Below, piece after piece: positions 45,894 through 47,398 of a stretch of 47,398 nt of DNA. Under the pieces are notes generated by a model that saw only the letters and a list, made by a program, of their open reading frames with translations, had not been told where the DNA came from and searched no databases. A program made the position numbers and the translations under genes. The DNA lies in NCBI GenBank assembly GCA_029210225.1, contig JARGOJ010000001.1:1-47398 (forward strand), given 5' to 3'. This DNA is from Planctomycetota bacterium. Lineage in GTDB: Bacteria; Planctomycetota; J058; JARGOJ01. How positions within the stretch are numbered: position 1 is the stretch's first letter; each line of letters starts with the position of its first letter.

Positions 45894-47081
45894 ATGGTAG
45901 ACCCAGATAAGAACAAGACTCCCGAGATATCGGTGATTGTGACCACCTATAATAAGGAACGTGAGCTCACTCTTGTTCTCGAAGCCTATCGCCATCAGAG
46001 CTTCAAAGACTTCGAGCTCATCATCGCCGATGACGGCTCGGGAGAAGCCACGAAGAAGGTCATCGAAGAAGCCCGAAGCTGCTCCGACTTCCCTATCATT
46101 CATTCCTGGCAAGAAGATGATGGCTTCCGTGCGGCCCGCTCCAGAAACCTCGCTGTTTCAAAGGCGAGGGGGAAAATCTTAGCCTTAACCGATGGGGACT
46201 GCGTTCCCCTTCCCAACTACCTTGAAACCGTTAAGAACACCTACAAAGAATCTTGCTACCTCGCCGGAGAACGATATTTACTGAGGCAGGAAGAAGCGAG
46301 TCACATCGAAAAGGGCAAGATCTCCGAAGGAGCTGGCAAGTATCTGAAATCTCTTATTCCAGAGAGAGAAGAGAAGCGACTCTCGAAGACTCGCCGCAAG
46401 AACCGCTTTTATCGAACCTTTCGCCTGAAAATACGACCCACGGTCATGACCTGCAACTTTGCCCTTAGCAAAGACGACCTCTTAAAAATCAACGGATTCG
46501 ACGAGCGCTATGTGGGTTGGGGTCATGAAGACACAGATTTGGGCCGTCGCCTCCGAAGCCTTGGAATCAAGTCCGCCAACGAACTCTCAGAAGCAAAGCT
46601 CATCCATCTCTGGCATAAGACTGAGGCATCCTTTGCCGGACGAGTCAGAGATTGCGCGAATGCTTCTTACTTTGACCGAGGCTTTTATCTACCGACATGC
46701 CGCAAGGGCTTAAAGCACAGGGACTACAGCGACTTAAAAATCAGCATAAAGGCATCGAACTCAGAGCTTCAGGAACTCGGAGAGCGGCTGCTCTCAGGTC
46801 AAAGCGCTGACAAAGCTGAGATTGCTATTCTTCTTCAAGGGAAGGACGCTGGAGCATCCTTGAAGTTTCCAAAGGACGTTCATGTGCCAGTCCTTGTTTT
46901 AGAGAGAGGTGCTTCTGTTCCTACTGGACTTCTCAAGAAGGCCCGATTGATTCTGACCGGAGAGAAACTCGATGAAAGCGCTCTTAAGGCTTTCCAAGGA
47001 ACCGTTGAGATCTTAGAGAGCCCATCTTTGAATGAAGAGGGCCTTAAGGAAATCCGGCGGAAGCTCGACGAAATCATCTAA
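45894..47081 (+). CDS. Family 2 glycosyltransferase with an extra C-terminal domain
   Basis: GT2 motifs SVIVTTYNKERELTLVLEAYRHQSFKDFELIIADDGS and LTDGDCVP, plus a galactosyltransferase-like GWGHEDTDLGRRL. Confidence 0.8.
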   Translation: MVDPDKNKTPEISVIVTTYNKERELTLVLEAYRHQSFKDFELIIADDGSGEATKKVIEEARSCSDFPIIHSWQEDDGFRAARSRNLAVSKARGKILALTDGDCVPLPNYLETVKNTYKESCYLAGERYLLRQEEASHIEKGKISEGAGKYLKSLIPEREEKRLSKTRRKNRFYRTFRLKIRPTVMTCNFALSKDDLLKINGFDERYVGWGHEDTDLGRRLRSLGIKSANELSEAKLIHLWHKTEASFAGRVRDCANASYFDRGFYLPTCRKGLKHRDYSDLKISIKASNSELQELGERLLSGQSADKAEIAILLQGKDAGASLKFPKDVHVPVLVLERGASVPTGLLKKARLILTGEKLDESALKAFQGTVEILESPSLNEEGLKEIRRKLDEII

Positions 47082-47100
47082 CAAAGGATAGCAGTCAACT

Positions 47101-47232
47101 ATGACCCCAGAACCTTCTGTCAACTTCTCGCTCATTTTCTCTGTGGTCTGTGCTGTCGCAGGCTTTGGCTTGTTGACAATGATGTTCATTATCTTGTCTC
47201 GCCCAGGCGGAGGTGATGGGGAAGATCAGTGA
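47101..47232 (+). CDS. Possible 43-aa single-TM peptide
   Basis: Hand translation: MTPEPSVNFSLIFSVVCAVAGFGLLTMMFIILSRPGGGDGEDQ*. Followed by a terminator. The RBS is weak, and the ORF is too short for the ORF track. Confidence 0.3.
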   Translation: MTPEPSVNFSLIFSVVCAVAGFGLLTMMFIILSRPGGGDGEDQ

Positions 47233-47259
47233 TCTCTTCATTGATTCGAAAAAATGACA

Positions 47260-47284
47260 AAAAGCTGCCGAAAGGCAGCTTTTC
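47260..47284. terminator. Bidirectional terminator hairpin
   Basis: aaaagctgcc-gaaa-ggcagctttt, flanked by an A-run and a T-run. Confidence 0.7.
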
Positions 47285-47312
47285 GTGTGTCAGGATCAAA
47301 CTCTGATTCGAT

Positions 47313-47398
47313 TCAGAGAATGCACTCTCCGTCGCCGAGCTCAATTGGATCTTCTTCGTCGAATGTTGGAGGATCGACTGGATCGTCAAGTGTGAGTG
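47313..47398 (-). CDS. 3' end of a paralogue of the 9026-9214 small exported acidic protein (runs off the right edge)
   Basis: Minus-strand translation is ..LTLDDPVDPPTFDEEDPIELGDGECIL*, identical to the last 27 aa of the 62-aa protein. A 47-nt stretch (47332-47378) is the exact reverse complement of 9149-9195. Confidence 0.7.
   Translation of the reverse strand, partial: LTLDDPVDPPTFDEEDPIELGDGECIL

Overview
A 47.4-kb, gene-dense window at roughly 50% GC (judged by eye) from a Gram-negative bacterium. I saw no rRNA, tRNA or CRISPR array. Left to right it contains: a GspD-family secretin (-); efp (+); a cassette encoding a 1057-aa Cys-rich secreted protein plus three pseudopilin-like proteins; and a plasmid/phage-type replication module with a zinc-finger/Toprim primase, a DnaB/RepA-like ATPase, a 635-aa protein with a C-terminal XRE HTH, and 5+2 iterons. 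Next come a TetR-alkB pair with palindromic operators and a 2070-aa in-frame AddB-AddA-type nuclease-helicase fusion. After that is a small cluster of exported proteins that share a C-terminal GLPLL..AGS..SRR anchor motif, together with a tiny polytopic membrane protein and a fatty-acid-hydroxylase-family protein; the same 17-bp palindrome sits in each intergenic gap. A ~270-bp compound palindrome follows, then parA (with a histone-H1-like tail) and parB. The most unusual locus is a tightly packed four-gene operon at 28423-40904. It encodes a 971-aa helical protein, a 2118-aa WD40+HEAT-repeat giant, a SWIM-zinc-finger/WGR protein and a retron-type reverse transcriptase with an N-terminal extension. 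I could not find an ncRNA or a classical effector there, and I cannot match it to a named RT system. This is my best candidate for the undescribed system. The right side holds fumC (-), a short tyrosine recombinase, a lone Flp pilin, gmd-rmd, a GT2 glycosyltransferase, and a partial inverted paralogue of the small gene at 9026. The window mixes core genes (efp, fumC) with replication and partition modules, so it could be a plasmid/chromid or a chromosome carrying islands; the sequence alone cannot decide. All domain calls come from motif recognition by eye in the supplied translations. No database search was run.
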